Part shown: in pieces, positions 1 to 15,000 of the stretch | Numbering within the stretch: the stretch's first letter is position 1 | How the letters are laid out: every line of letters starts with the position of its first letter | Assembly: GCA_040954595.2 (NCBI GenBank) | Contig: CM082596.2 | Span: 10,002,461-10,066,460 of the forward strand | DNA length: 64,000 nucleotides | Source: Balanoglossus misakiensis | Lineage: Eukaryota > Animalia > Hemichordata | Direction of reading: 5' to 3' | The notes under the pieces: model-generated | What the model was told of the DNA's origin: nothing | What the model saw: the letters and a program-made list of their open reading frames with translations, nothing else | Database searches by the model: none | Program-made: the position numbers and the translations under genes

Positions 1-3000
1 TTTTTTGATGATTTTCACCCATGTTTTTTTTCAAAATTGAACGAACCCATGATTTTTTTCAAAAATCGACGAAATTTTTAGATTTTGCAAAGTCGAAAAT
101 TTGTAATTTTTTGATGATTTTTACCCATGATTTTTTTTTTCAAAAATCGACGAAATTTTGAGATTTTGCAAAGACGAAAATTTGTAATTTTTTGATGATT
201 TTCACCCATGACTTTTTTTCAAAAATTTACGAAATTTTGAGATTTTGCAAAGTCGAAAATTTGTCATTTTTTGATGATTTTCACCAATGTTTTTTTTTTC
301 AAAAATCGACGAAATTTTGAGATTTTGCAAATTCGAAAATTTGTAATTTTTTGATGATTTTCACCCATGTTTTTTTTCAAAAATCAACGAACCCATGATT
401 TTTTTTTCAAAAAAGGACAACATTTTGAGATTTTGCAAAGTCGAACATTTGTCATTTTTTGATGATTTTCACCCATGATTTTTTTCAAAAATCGACGAAA
501 TTTTGAGATTTTGGAAAGTCGAAAATTTGTCATTTTTTGATGATTTTCACCCATGATTTTTTTTCAAAAATTGACGAAATTTTGAGATTTTGCAAAGTCG
601 AAAATTTGTCATTTATTAATGATTTTCACCCATGATTATTTTTCAAAAATCGACAAAATTTTGAGATTTTGCAAAGTCGAAAATTTGTAATTTTTTGATG
701 ATTTTCACCCATGTTTTTTTTTCAAAATTGAACGAACCCATGATTTTTTTCAAAAATCGACAAAATTTTTAGATTTTGCAAAGTCGAAAATTTGTCATTT
801 TTTGATGATTTTCACCCATGATTTTTTTTCAAAAATGTACGAAATTTTGAGATTTTGCAAAGTCGAAAATTTGTCATTTTTTGATGATTTTCACCCATGA
901 TTTTTTTCAAAAATCGACAAAATTTTGAGATTTTGCAAAGACGAAAATTTGTCATTTTTTGATGATTTTCACCCATGATTTTTTTCAAAAGTCGACGAAA
1001 TTTTGAGATTTTGCAAAGACAAAAATTTTTCATTTTTTGATGATTTTCACCCGTGATTTTTTTCAAAAATCGACAAAATTTTGAGATTTTGCAAAGTCGA
1101 AAATTTGACATTTTTTGATGATTTTCACCCATGTTTTTTTTCAAAAATCAACGACCCATGATTTTTTTTCAAAAATCGACGAAATTTAGAGATTTTGCAA
1201 AGTCGAAAATTTGTCATTTCTTAATGATTTTCACCCATGTTTTTTTTTCAAAAATCGACAAAATTTTGAGATTTTGCAAAGTCGAAAATTTGTAATTTTT
1301 TGATGATTTTCACCAATGTTTTTTTTTAAAAATCAACGAACCCATGATTTTTTTCAAAAATTGACAACATTTTGAGATTTTGCAAAGTCGAAAATTTGTC
1401 ATTTTTTGATGATTTTCACCCATGATTTTTTTCAAAAATCGACGAAATTTTGAGATTTTGCAAAGTCGAAAATTTGTCATTTTTTGATGATTTTCACCCA
1501 TGATTTTTTTTTCAAAAACCGACAAAATTTTGAGATTTTGCAAAGTCGAAAATTTGTCATTTTTTGATTATTTTCACCCATGATTTTTTTCAAAAATCGA
1601 CAAAATTTTTAGATTTTGCAAAGTCGAAAATTTGTCATTTTTTGATGATTTTCACCATGATTTTTTTTTCAAAAATCGACGAAATTTTGAGATTTTGCAA
1701 AGTCGAAAATTTGTCATTTTTTGATGATTTTCACCCATGATTTTTTTCAAAAATCGACGAAATTTGAGATTTTGCAAAGTCGAAAATTTGTCATTTTTTG
1801 ATGATTTTCATCCATGATTTTTTTCAAAAGTCGACGAAATTTTGAGATTTTGCAAATTCGAAAATTTGTAATTTTTTGATGATTTTCACCCATGTTTTTT
1901 TTCAACAATCAACGAACCCATGATTTTTTTTTCAAAAATCGACCAAATTTTGGGATTTTGCAAATTCGAAAATTTCTAATTTTTTGATGATTTTCACCCA
2001 TGATTTTTTTTTCAAAAATCGACAAAATTTTGAGATTTTGCAAAGTCGAAAATGTGTCATTTTTTGATGATTTTCACCCAAGATTTTTTTCAAAAATCGA
2101 CGAAATTTGAGATTTTGCAAAGTCGAAAATTTGTCATTTTTTGATGATTTTTACCCATGATTTTTTTTTTCAAAAATCGACCAAATTTTGAGATTTTGCA
2201 AAGCCGAAAATTTGTCATTTTTTGATGATTTTCACCCATGATTTTTCTCAAAAATCGACGAAATTTTGAGATTTTGCAAAGTCGAAAATTTTTCATTTTT
2301 TGATGATTTTCACCCATGATTTTTCTCAAAAATCGACGAAATTTTGAGATTTTGCAAAGTCGAAAATTTGTCATTTTTTGATGATTTTCACCCATGTTTT
2401 TTTTCAAAATTGAACGAACCCATGATTTTTTTCAAAAATCGACAAAATTTTGAGATTTTGCAAAGTAGAAAATTTGTCATTTTTTGATGATTTTCACCCA
2501 TGATTTTTTTCAAAAATCGACGAAATTTTAAGATTTTGCAAAGTCGAAAATTTGTCATTTTTTGATGATTTTCACCCATGATTTTTTTTTCAAAAACCGA
2601 CAAAATTTTGAGATTTTGCAAAGTCGAAAATTTGTCATTTTTTGATTATTTTCACCCATGTTTTTTTTCAACAATCAACGAACCCATGATTTTTTTTTCA
2701 AAAATCGACCAAATTTTGGGATTTTGCAAATTCGAAAATTTCTAATTTTTTGATGATTTTCACCCATGATTTTTTTTTCAAAAATCGACAAAATTTTGAG
2801 ATTTTGCAAAGTCGAAAATGTGTCATTTTTTGATGATTTTCACCCAAGATTTTTTTCAAAAATCGACGAAATTTGAGATTTTGCAAAGTCGAAAATTTGT
2901 CATTTTTTGATGATTTTTACCCATGATTTTTTTTTTCAAAAATCGACCAAATTTTGAGATTTTGCAAAGCCGAAAATTTGTCATTTTTTGATGATTTTCA

Positions 3001-6000
3001 CCCATGATTTTTCTCAAAAATCGACGAAATTTTGAGATTTTGCAAAGTCGAAAATTTTTCATTTTTTGATGATTTTCACCCATGATTTTTCTCAAAAATC
3101 GACGAAATTTTGAGATTTTGCAAAGTCGAAAATTTGTCATTTTTTGATGATTTTCACCCATGTTTTTTTTCAAAATTGAACGAACCCATGATTTTTTTCA
3201 AAAATCGACAAAATTTTGAGATTTTGCAAAGTAGAAAATTTGTCATTTTTTGATGATTTTCACCCATGATTTTTTTCAAAAATCGACGAAATTTTAAGAT
3301 TTTGCAAAGTCGAAAATTTGTCATTTTTTGATGATTTTCACCCATGATTTTTTTTTCAAAAACCGACAAAATTTTGAGATTTTGCAAAGTCGAAAATTTG
3401 TCATTTTTTGATTATTTTCACCCATGATTTTTTTCAAAAATCGACAAAATTTTTAGATTTTGCAAAGTCGAAAATTTGTCATTTTTTGATGATTTTCACC
3501 ATGATTTTTTTTTAAAAAATCGACGAAATTTTGAGATTTTGCAAAGTCGAAAATTTGTCATTTTTTGATGATTTTCACCCATGATTTTTTTCAAAAATCG
3601 ACGAAATTTTAAGATTTTGCAAAGTCGAAAATTTGTCATTTTTTGATGATTTTCACCCATGATTTTTTTTTCAAAAACCGACAAAATTTTGAGATTTTGC
3701 AAAGTCGAAAATTTGTCATTTTTTGATTATTTTCACCCATGATTTTTTTCAAAAATCGACAAAATTTTTAGATTTTGCAAAGTCGAAAATTTGTCATTTT
3801 TTGATGATTTTCACCATGATTTTTTTTTAAAAAATCGACGAAATTTTGAGATTTTGCAAAGTCGAAAATTTGTCATTTTTTGATGATTTTCACCCATGAT
3901 TTTTTTCAAAAATCGACGAAATTTGAGATTTTGCAAAGTCGAAAATTTGTCATTTTTTGATGATTTTCACCCATGATTTTTTTCAAAAATCGACGAAATT
4001 TTGAGATTTTGCAAAGTCGAAAATTTGTCATTTTTTGATGATTTTCACCCATGATTTTTTTCAATAATCGACGAAATTTGAGATTTTGCAAATTCGAAAA
4101 TTTGTAATTTTTTGTTGATTTTCACCCTTTTTTTTCAAAAATCAACGAACCCATGATTTTTTTTCAAAAATCGACAAAATTTTGAGATTTTGCATAGCCG
4201 AAAATTTGTCATTTTTTGATGATTTTCACCCATGTTTTTTTTCAAAATTGAACGAACCCATGATTTTTTTCAAAAATCGACGAAATTTTGAGATTTTGCA
4301 AAGTAGAAAATTTGTCATTTTTTGATGATTTTCACCCATGATTTTTTTCAAAAATCGACGAAATTTTGAGATTTTGCAAAGTCGAAAATTTGTCATTTTT
4401 TGATGATTTTCACCCATGATTTTTTTTTCAAAAACCGACAAAATTTTGAGATTTTGCAAAGTCGAAAATTTGTCATTTTTTGATTATTTTCACCCATGAT
4501 TTTTTTCAAAAATCGACAAAATTTTTAGATTTTGCAAAGTCGAAAATTTGTCATTTTTTGATGATTTTCACGATGATTTTTTTTTTAAAAATCGACGAAA
4601 TTTTGAGATTTTGCAAAGTCGAAAATTTGTCATTTTTTGATGATTTTCACCCATGATTTTTTTCAAAAATCGACGAAATTTGAGATTTTGCAAAGTCGAA
4701 AATTTGTCATTTTTTGATGATTTTCACCCATGATTTTTTTCAAAAATCGACGAAATTTTGAGATTTTGCAAATTCGAAAATTTGTAATTTTTTGATGATT
4801 TTCACCCATGTTTTTTTTCAAAAATCAACGAACCCATGATTTTTTTTCAAAAATCGACCAAATTTTGGGATTTTGCAAAGACGAAAATTTGTCATTTTTT
4901 GATGATTTTCACCCATGATTTTTCTCAAAAATCGACGAAATTTTGAGATTTTGCAAAGTCGAAAATTTGTCATTTTTTGATGATTTTCACCCATGATTTT
5001 TTTTTCAAAAACCGACAAAATTTTGAGATTTTGCAAAGTCGAAAATTTGTCATTTTTTGATTATTTTCACCCATGATTTTTTTCAAAAATCGACAAAATT
5101 TTTAGATTTTGCAAAGTCGAACATTTGTCATTTTTTGATGATTTTCAAAATGATTTTTTTTTAAAAAATCGACGAAATTTTGAGATTTTGCAAAGTCGAA
5201 AATTTGTCATTTTTTGATGATTTTCACCCATGATTTTTTTCAAAAATCGACGAAATTTGAGATTTTGCAAAGTCGATAATTTGTCATTTTTTGATGATTT
5301 TCACCCATGATTTTTTTCAAAAATCGACGAAATTTTGAGATTTTGCAAATTCGAAAATTTGTAATTTTTTGATGATTTTCACCAATGTTTTTTTTTAAAA
5401 ATCAACGAACCCATGATTTTTTTCAAAAATTGACAACATTTTGAGATTTTGCAAAGTCGAAAATTTGTCATTTTTTGATGATTTTCACCCATGATTTTTT
5501 TCAAAAATCGACGAAATTTTGAGATTTTGCAAAGTCGAAAATTTGTCATTTTTTGATGATTTTCACCCATGATTTTTTTTTCAAAAACCGACAAAATTTT
5601 GAGATTTTGCAAAGTCGAAAATTTGTCATTTTTTGATTATTTTCACCCATGATTTTTTTCAAAAATCGACAAAATTTTTAGATTTTGCAAAGTCGAAAAT
5701 TTGTCATTTTTTGATGATTTTCACCATGATTTTTTTTTCAAAAATCGACGAAATTTTGAGATTTTGCAAAGTCGAAAATTTGTCATTTTTTGATGATTTT
5801 CACCCATGATTTTTTTCAAAAATCGACGAAATTTGAGATTTTGCAAAGTCGAAAATTTGTCATTTTTTGATGATTTTCATCCATGATTTTTTTCAAAAGT
5901 CGACGAAATTTTGAGATTTTGCAAATTCGAAAATTTGTAATTTTTTGATGATTTTCACCCATGTTTTTTTTCAACAATCAACGAACCCATGATTTTTTTT

Positions 6001-9000
6001 TCAAAAATCGACCAAATTTTGGGATTTTGCAAATTCGAAAATTTCTAATTTTTTGATGATTTTCACCCATGATTTTTTTTTCAAAAATCGACAAAATTTT
6101 GAGATTTTGCAAAGTCGAAAATGTGTCATTTTTTGATGATTTTCACCCAAGATTTTTTTCAAAAATCGACGAAATTTGAGATTTTGCAAAGTCGAAAATT
6201 TGTCATTTTTTGATGATTTTTACCCATGATTTTTTTTTTCAAAAATCGACCAAATTTTGAGATTTTGCAAAGCCGAAAATTTGTCATTTTTTGATGATTT
6301 TCACCCATGATTTTTCTCAAAAATCGACGAAATTTTGAGATTTTGCAAAGTCGAAAATTTTTCATTTTTTGATGATTTTCACCCATGATTTTTCTCAAAA
6401 ATCGACGAAATTTTGAGATTTTGCAAAGTCGAAAATTTGTCATTTTTTGATGATTTTCACCCATGTTTTTTTTCAAAATTGAACGAACCCATGATTTTTT
6501 TCAAAAATCGACAAAATTTTGAGATTTTGCAAAGTAGAAAATTTGTCATTTTTTGATGATTTTCACCCATGATTTTTTTCAAAAATCGACGAAATTTTAA
6601 GATTTTGCAAAGTCGAAAATTTGTCATTTTTTGATGATTTTCACCCATGATTTTTTTTTCAAAAACCGACAAAATTTTGAGATTTTGCAAAGTCGAAAAT
6701 TTGTCATTTTTTGATTATTTTCACCCATGATTTTTTTCAAAAATCGACAAAATTTTTAGATTTTGCAAAGTCGAAAATTTGTCATTTTTTGATGATTTTC
6801 ACCATGATTTTTTTTTAAAAAATCGACGAAATTTTGAGATTTTGCAAAGTCGAAAATTTGTCATTTTTTGATGATTTTCACCCATGATTTTTTTCAAAAA
6901 TCGACGAAATTTGAGATTTTGCAAAGTCGAAAATTTGTCATTTTTTGATGATTTTCACCCATGATTTTTTTCAAAAATCGACGAAATTTTGAGATTTTGC
7001 AAATTCGAAAATTTGTAATTTTTTGATGATTTTCACCCATGTTTTTTTTCAAAAATCAACGAACCCATGATTTTTTTTCAAAAATCGACCAAATTTTGGG
7101 ATTTTGCAAAGACGAAAATTTGTCATTTTTTGATGATTTTCACCCATGATTTTTCTCAAAAATCGACGAAATTTTGAGATTTTGCAAAGTCGAAAATTTG
7201 TCATTTTTTGATGATTTTCACCCATGATTTTTTTCAATAATCGACGAAATTTGAGATTTTGCAAATTCGAAAATTTGTAATTTTTTGTTGATTTTCACCC
7301 TTTTTTTTCAAAAATCAACGAACCCATGATTTTTTTTCAAAAATCGACAAAATTTTGAGATTTTGCATAGCCGAAAATTTGTCATTTTTTGATGATTTTC
7401 ACCCATGTTTTTTTTCAAAATTGAACGAACCCATGATTTTTTTCAAAAATCGACGAAATTTTGAGATTTTGCAAAGTAGAAAATTTGTCATTTTTTGATG
7501 ATTTTCACCCATGATTTTTTTCAAAAATCGACGAAATTTTGAGATTTTGCAAAGTCGAAAATTTGTCATTTTTTGATGATTTTCACCCATGATTTTTTTT
7601 TCAAAAACCGACAAAATTTTGAGATTTTGCAAAGTCGAAAATTTGTCATTTTTTGATTATTTTCACCCATGATTTTTTTCAAAAATCGACAAAATTTTTA
7701 GATTTTGCAAAGTCGAAAATTTGTCATTTTTTGATGATTTTCACGATGATTTTTTTTTTAAAAATCGACGAAATTTTGAGATTTTGCAAAGTCGAAAATT
7801 TGTCATTTTTTGATGATTTTCACCCATGATTTTTTTCAAAAATCGACGAAATTTGAGATTTTGCAAAGTCGAAAATTTGTCATTTTTTGATGATTTTCAC
7901 CCATGATTTTTTTCAAAAATCGACGAAATTTTGAGATTTTGCAAATTCGAAAATTTGTAATTTTTTGATGATTTTCACCCATGTTTTTTTTCAAAAATCA
8001 ACGAACCCATGATTTTTTTTCAAAAATCGACCAAATTTTGGGATTTTGCAAAGACGAAAATTTGTCATTTTTTGATGATTTTCACCCATGATTTTTCTCA
8101 AAAATCGACGAAATTTTGAGATTTTGCAAAGTCGAAAATTTGTCATTTTTTGATGATTTTCACCCATGATTTTTTTTTCAAAAACCGACAAAATTTTGAG
8201 ATTTTGCAAAGTCGAAAATTTGTCATTTTTTGATTATTTTCACCCATGATTTTTTTCAAAAATCGACAAAATTTTTAGATTTTGCAAAGTCGAACATTTG
8301 TCATTTTTTGATGATTTTCAAAATGATTTTTTTTTAAAAAATCGACGAAATTTTGAGATTTTGCAAAGTCGAAAATTTGTCATTTTTTGATGATTTTCAC
8401 CCATGATTTTTTTCAAAAATCGACGAAATTTGAGATTTTGCAAAGTCGATAATTTGTCATTTTTTGATGATTTTCACCCATGATTTTTTTCAAAAATCGA
8501 CGAAATTTTGAGATTTTGCAAATTCGAAAATTTGTAATTTTTTGATGATTTTCACCCATGTTTTTTTTCAAAAATCAACGAACCCATGATTTTTTTTCAA
8601 AAATCGACCAAATTTTGGGATTTTGCAAAGACGAAAATTTGTCATTTTTTGATGATTTTCACCCATGATTTTTCTCAAAAATCGACGAAATTTTGAGATT
8701 TTGCAAAGTCGAAAATTTGTCATTTTTTGATGATTTTCACCCATGATTTTTTTCAAAAATCGACGAAATTTGAGATTTTGCAAATTCGAAAATTTGTAAT
8801 TTTTTGTTGATTTTCACCCTTTTTTTCAAAAATCAACGATACCATGATTTTTTTTCAAAAATCGACAAAATTTTGAGATTTTGCATAGCCGAAAATTTGT
8901 CATTTTTTGATGATTTTCACCCATGATTTTTCTCAAAAATCGACGAAATTTTGAGATTTTGCAAAGTCGAAAATTTGTCATTTTTTGATGATTTTCACCC

Positions 9001-12000
9001 ATGTTTTTTTTCAAAATTGAACGAACCCATGATTTTTTTCAAAAATCGACGAAATTTTGAGATTTTGCAAAGTAGAAAATTTGTCATTTTTTGATGATTT
9101 TCACCCATGATTTTTTTCAAAAATCGACGAAATTTTGAGATTTTGCAAAGTCGAAAATTTGTCATTTTTTGATGATTTTCACCCATGATTTTTTTTTCAA
9201 AAACCGACAAAATTTTGAGATTTTGCAAAGTCGAAAATTTGTCATTTTTTGATTATTTTCACCCATGATTTTTTTCAAAAATCGACAAAATTTTTAGATT
9301 TGGCAAAGTCGAAAATTTGTCATTTTTTGATGATTTTCACCATGATTTTTTTTTAAAAATCGACGAAATTTTGAGATTTTGCAAAGTCGAAAATTTGTCA
9401 TTTTTTGATGATTTTCACCCATGATTTTTTTCAAAAATCGACGAAATTTGAGATTTTGCAAAGTCGAAAATTTGTCATTTTTTGATGATTTTCACCCATG
9501 ATTTTTTTCAAAAATCGACAAAATTTTGAGATTTTGCAAAGTCGAAAATTTGTCATTTTTTGATGATTTTCACCAATGATTTTTCTCAAAAATCGACGAA
9601 ATTTTGAGATTTTGCAAAGTCGAAAATTTGTAATTTTTTGATGATTTTCACCCATGTTTTTTTTCAAAATTGAACGAACCCATGATTTTTTTCAAAAATC
9701 GACGAAATTTTGAGATTTTGCAAAGACGAAAATTTGTAATTTTTTGATGATTTTCACCCATGTTTTTTTTCAAAATTGAACGAACCCATGATTTTTTTCA
9801 AAAATCGACGAAATTTTTAGATTTTGCAAAGTCGAAAATTTGTAATTTTTTGATGATTTTTACCCATGATTTTTTTTTTCAAAAATCGACGAAATTTTGA
9901 GATTTTGCAAAGACGAAAATTTGTAATTTTTTGATGATTTTCACCCATGACTTTTTTTCAAAAATTTACGAAATTTTGAGATTTTGCAAAGTCGAAAATT
10001 TGTCATTTTTTGATGATTTTCACCCATGTTTTTTTTTTCAAAAATCGACGAAATTTTGAGATTTTGCAAATTCGAAAATTTGTAATTTTTTGATGATTTT
10101 CACCCGTTTTTTTTCAAAAATCAACGAACCCATGATTTTTTTTTCAAAAAAGGACAACATTTTGAGATTTTGCAAAGTCGAAAATTTGTCATTTTTTGAT
10201 GATTTTCACCCATGATTTTTCTCAAAAATCGACGAAATTTTGAGATTTTGGAAAGTCGAAAATTTGTCATTTTTTGATGATTTTCACCCATGATTTTTTT
10301 TCAAAAATTGACGAAATTTTGAGATTTTGCAAAGTCGAAAATTTGTCATTTATTAATGATTTTCACCCATGATTATTTTTCAAAAATCGACAAAATTTTG
10401 AGATTTTGCAAAGTCGAAAATTTGTAATTTTTTGATGATTTTCACCCATGTTTTTTTTTCAAAATTGAACGAACCCATGATTTTTTTCAAAAATCGACAA
10501 AATTTTTAGATTTTGCAAAGTCGAAAATTTGTCATTTTTTGATGATTTTCACCCATGATTTTTTTTCAAAAATGTACGAAATTTTGAGATTTTGCAAAGT
10601 CGAAAATTTGTCATTTTTTGATGATTTTCACCCATGATTTTTTTCAAAAATCGACAAAATTTTGAGATTTTGCAAAGACGAAAATTTGTCATTTTTTGAT
10701 GATTTTCACCCATGATTTTTTTCAAAAGTCGACGAAATTTTGAGATTTTGCAAAGACAAAAATTTTTCATTTTTTGATGATTTTCACCCGTGATTTTTTT
10801 CAAAAATCGACAAAATTTTGAGATTTTGCAAAGTCGAAAATTTGACATTTTTTGATGATTTTCACCCATGTTTTTTTTCAAAAATCAACGACCCATGATT
10901 TTTTTTCAAAAATCGACGAAATTTAGAGATTTTGCAAAGTCGAAAATTTGTCATTTCTTAATGATTTTCACCCATGTTTTTTTTTCAAAAATCGACAAAA
11001 TTTTGAGATTTTGCAAAGTCGAAAATTTGTAATTTTTTGATGATTTTCACCAGTTTTTTTTTAAAAATCAACGAACCCATGATTTTTTTCAAAAATTGAC
11101 AACATTTTGAGATTTTGCAAAGTCGAAAATTTGTCATTTTTTGATGATTTTCACCCATGATTTTTTTCAAAAATCGACGAAATTTTGAGATTTTGCAAAG
11201 TCGAAAATTTGTCATTTTTTGATGATTTTCACCCATGATTTTTTTTTCAAAAACCGACAAAATTTTGAGATTTTGCAAAGTCGAAAATTTGTCATTTTTT
11301 GATTATTTTCACCCATGTTTTTTTTCAAAATTGAACGAACCCATGATTTTTTTCAAAAATCGACGAAATTTTGAGATTTTGCAAAGACAAAAATTTGTAA
11401 TTTTTTGATGATTTTCACCCATGTTTTTTTTCAAAATTGAACGAACCCATGATTTTTTTCAAAAATCGACGAAATTTTTAGATTTTGCAAAGTTGAAAAT
11501 TTGTAATTTTTTGATGATTTTTACCCATGATTTTTTTTTTCAAAAATCGACGAAATTTTGAGATTTTGCAAAGACGAAAATTTGTAATTTTTTGATGATT
11601 TTCACCCATGACTTTTTTTCAAAAATTTACGAAATTTTGAGATTTTGCAAAGTCGAAAATTTGTCATTTTTTAATGATTTTCACCCATGTTTTTTTTTTT
11701 CAAAAATCGACGAAATTTTGAGATTTTGCAAATTCGAAAATTTGTAATTTTTTGATGATTTTCACCCATGTTTTTTTTCAAAAATCAACGAACCCATGAT
11801 TTTTTTTTCAAAAAAGGACAACATTTTGAGATTTTGCAAAGTCGAAAATTTGTCATTTTTTGATGATTTTCACCCATGATTTTTCTCAAAAATCGACGAA
11901 ATTTTGAGATTTTGGAAAGTCGAAAATTTGTCATTTTTTGATGATTTTCTCCCATGATTTTTTTTCAAAAATTGACGAAATTTTGAGATTTTGCAAAGTC

Positions 12001-15000
12001 GAAAATTTGTCATTTATTAATGATTTTCACCCATGATTATTTTTCAAAAATCGACAAAATTTTGAGATTTTGCAAAGTCGAAAATTTGTAATTTTTTGAT
12101 GATTTTCACCCATGTTTTTTTTTCAAAATTGAACGAACCCATGATTTTTTTCAAAAATCGACAAAATTTTTAGATTTTGCAAAGTCGAAAATTTGTCATT
12201 TTTTGATGATTTTCACCCATGATTTTTTTTCAAAAATGTACGAAATTTTGAGATTTTGCAAAGTCGAAAATTTGTCATTTTTTGATGATTTTCACCCATG
12301 ATTTTTTTCAAAAATCGACAAAATTTTGAGATTTTGCAAAGACGAAAATTTGTCATTTTTTGATGATTTTCACCCATGATTTTTTTCAAAAGTCGACGAA
12401 ATTTTGAGATTTTGCAAAGACAAAAATTTTTCATTTTTTGATGATTTTCACCCGTGATTTTTTTCAAAAATCGACAAAATTTTGAGATTTTGCAAAGTCG
12501 AAAATTTGACATTTTTTGATGATTTTCACCCATGTTTTTTTTCAAAAATCAACGACCCATGATTTTTTTTCAAAAATCGACGAAATTTAGAGATTTTGCA
12601 AAGTCGAAAATTTGTCATTTCTTAATGATTTTCACCCATGTTTTTTTTTCAAAAATCGACAAAATTTTGAGATTTTGCAAAGTCGAAAATTTGTAATTTT
12701 TTGATGATTTTCACCAATGTTTTTTTTTTAAAAATCAACGAACCCATGATTTTTTTCAAAAATTGACAACATTTTGAGATTTTGCAAAGTCGAAAATTTG
12801 TCATTTTTTGATGATTTTCACCCATGATTTTTTTCAAAATCGACGAAATTTTTGAGATTTTGCAAAGTCGAAAATTTGTCATTTTTTGATGATTTCACCA
12901 TGATTTTTTTTTCAAAAACCGACAAAATTTTGAGATTTTGCAAAGTCGAAAATTTGTCATTTTTTGATTATTTTCACCCATGATTTTTTTTCAAAAATCG
13001 ACAAAATTTTTAGATTTTGCAAAGTCGAAAATTTGTCATTTTTTGATGATTTTCACCATGATTTTTTTTTCAAAAATCGACGAAATTTTGAGATTTTGCA
13101 AAGTCGAAAATTTGTCATTTTTTGATGATTTTCACCCATGATTTTTTTCAAAAATCGACGAAATTTGAGATTTTGCAAAGTCGAAAATTTGTCATTTTTG
13201 ATGATTTTCATCCATGATTTTTTTCAAAAGTCGACGAAATTTTGAGATTTTGCAAATTCGAAAATTTGTAATTTTTTGATGATTTTCACCCATGTTTTTT
13301 TTCAACAATCAACGAACCCATGATTTTTTTTTTCAAAATCGACCAAATTTTGGGATTTTGCAAAGACGAAAATTTGTCATTTTTTGATGATTTTCACCCA
13401 TGATTTTTCTCAAAAATCGACGAAATTTTGAGATTTTGCAAAGTCGAAAATTTGTCATTTTTTGATGATTTTCAACCATGTTTTTTTTCAAAAATCAACG
13501 AACCCATGATTTTTTTTCAAAAGAGGACAAAATTTTGAGATTTTGCAAAATTCGAAAATTTGTAATTTTTTGTTGATTTTCACCCTTTTTTTCAAAAATC
13601 AACGAACCCATGATTTTTTTCAAAATCGACAAAATTTTGAGATTTTGCAAAGCCGAAAATTTGTCATTTTTTGATGATTTTCACCCATGATTTTTCTCAA
13701 AAATCGACGAAATTTTGAGATTTTGCAAAGTCGAAAATTTTACATTTTTTGATGATTTTCACCCATGATTTTTTTTCAAAAATCTACGAAATTTTGAGAT
13801 TTTGCAAAGACGAAAATTTGTCATTTTTTGATGATTTTCACCCATGATTTTTTTCAAAAATCTGCGAAATTTTGAGATTTTGCAAAGTCGAAAATTTGTC
13901 ATTTATTAATGATTTTCACCCATGGTTTTTTTCAAAAATCGACGAAATTTGAGATTTTGCAAATTCGAAAATTTGTAATTTTTTGATGATTTTCACCCTT
14001 TTTTTTCAAAAATAAACGAACCCATGATTTTTTTTCAAAAATCGACAAAATTTTGAGATTTTGCAAAGCCGAAAATTGTCCTTTTTTGATGATTTTCACC
14101 CATGATTTTTTTCAAAAATCTACGAAATTTTGAGATTTTGCAAAGTCGAAAATTTGTCCTTTGTTGCTGATTTTCACCCATGATTTTTTTCAAAAATCTG
14201 CGAAATTTTGAGATTTTGCAAAGTCGAAAATTTGTCATTTATTAATGATTTTCACCCATGATTTTTTTTCAAAAATCGACAAAATTTTGAGATTTTGCAA
14301 AGTCGAAAATTTGTAATTTTTTGATGATTTTCACCCATGTTTTTTTTCAAAAATCAACGAACCCATGATTTTTTTCAAAAATCGACAACATTTTGAGATT
14401 TTGCAAAGTCGAAAATTTGTCATTTTTTGATGATTTTCACCCATGATTTTTCTCAAAAATCGACGAAATTTTGAGATTTTGCAAAGTCGAAAATTTGTCA
14501 TTTTTTGATGATTTTCACCCCTGATTTTTTTTCAAAAATCTGCGAAATTTTGAGATTTTGCAAAGTCGAAAATTTGTCATTTTTTGATGATTTTCACCCA
14601 TGATTTTTTTTCAAAAAATCGACGAAATTTTGAGATTTTGCAAAGTCGAAAATTTGTCATTTTTTGATTATTGTCACCCATGATTTTTTTTTTTTCAAAA
14701 AATCGACACAATTTTGAGATTTTGCAAAGTCGAAAATGTGTCATTTTTTGATGATTTTCACCCATGATTTTTTCAAAAATCGACGAAATTTGAGATTTTG
14801 CAAAGTCGAAAATTTGTCATTTTTTGATTATTTTCACCCATGATTTTTTTTTTCAAAAAATCGACACAATTTTGAGATTTTGCAAAGTCGAAAATTTGTC
14901 ATTTTTTGATGATTTTCACCCATGATTTTTCTCAAAAATCGACGAAATTTTGAGATTTTGCAAAGACGAAAATTTGTAATTTTTTGATGATTTTCACCCA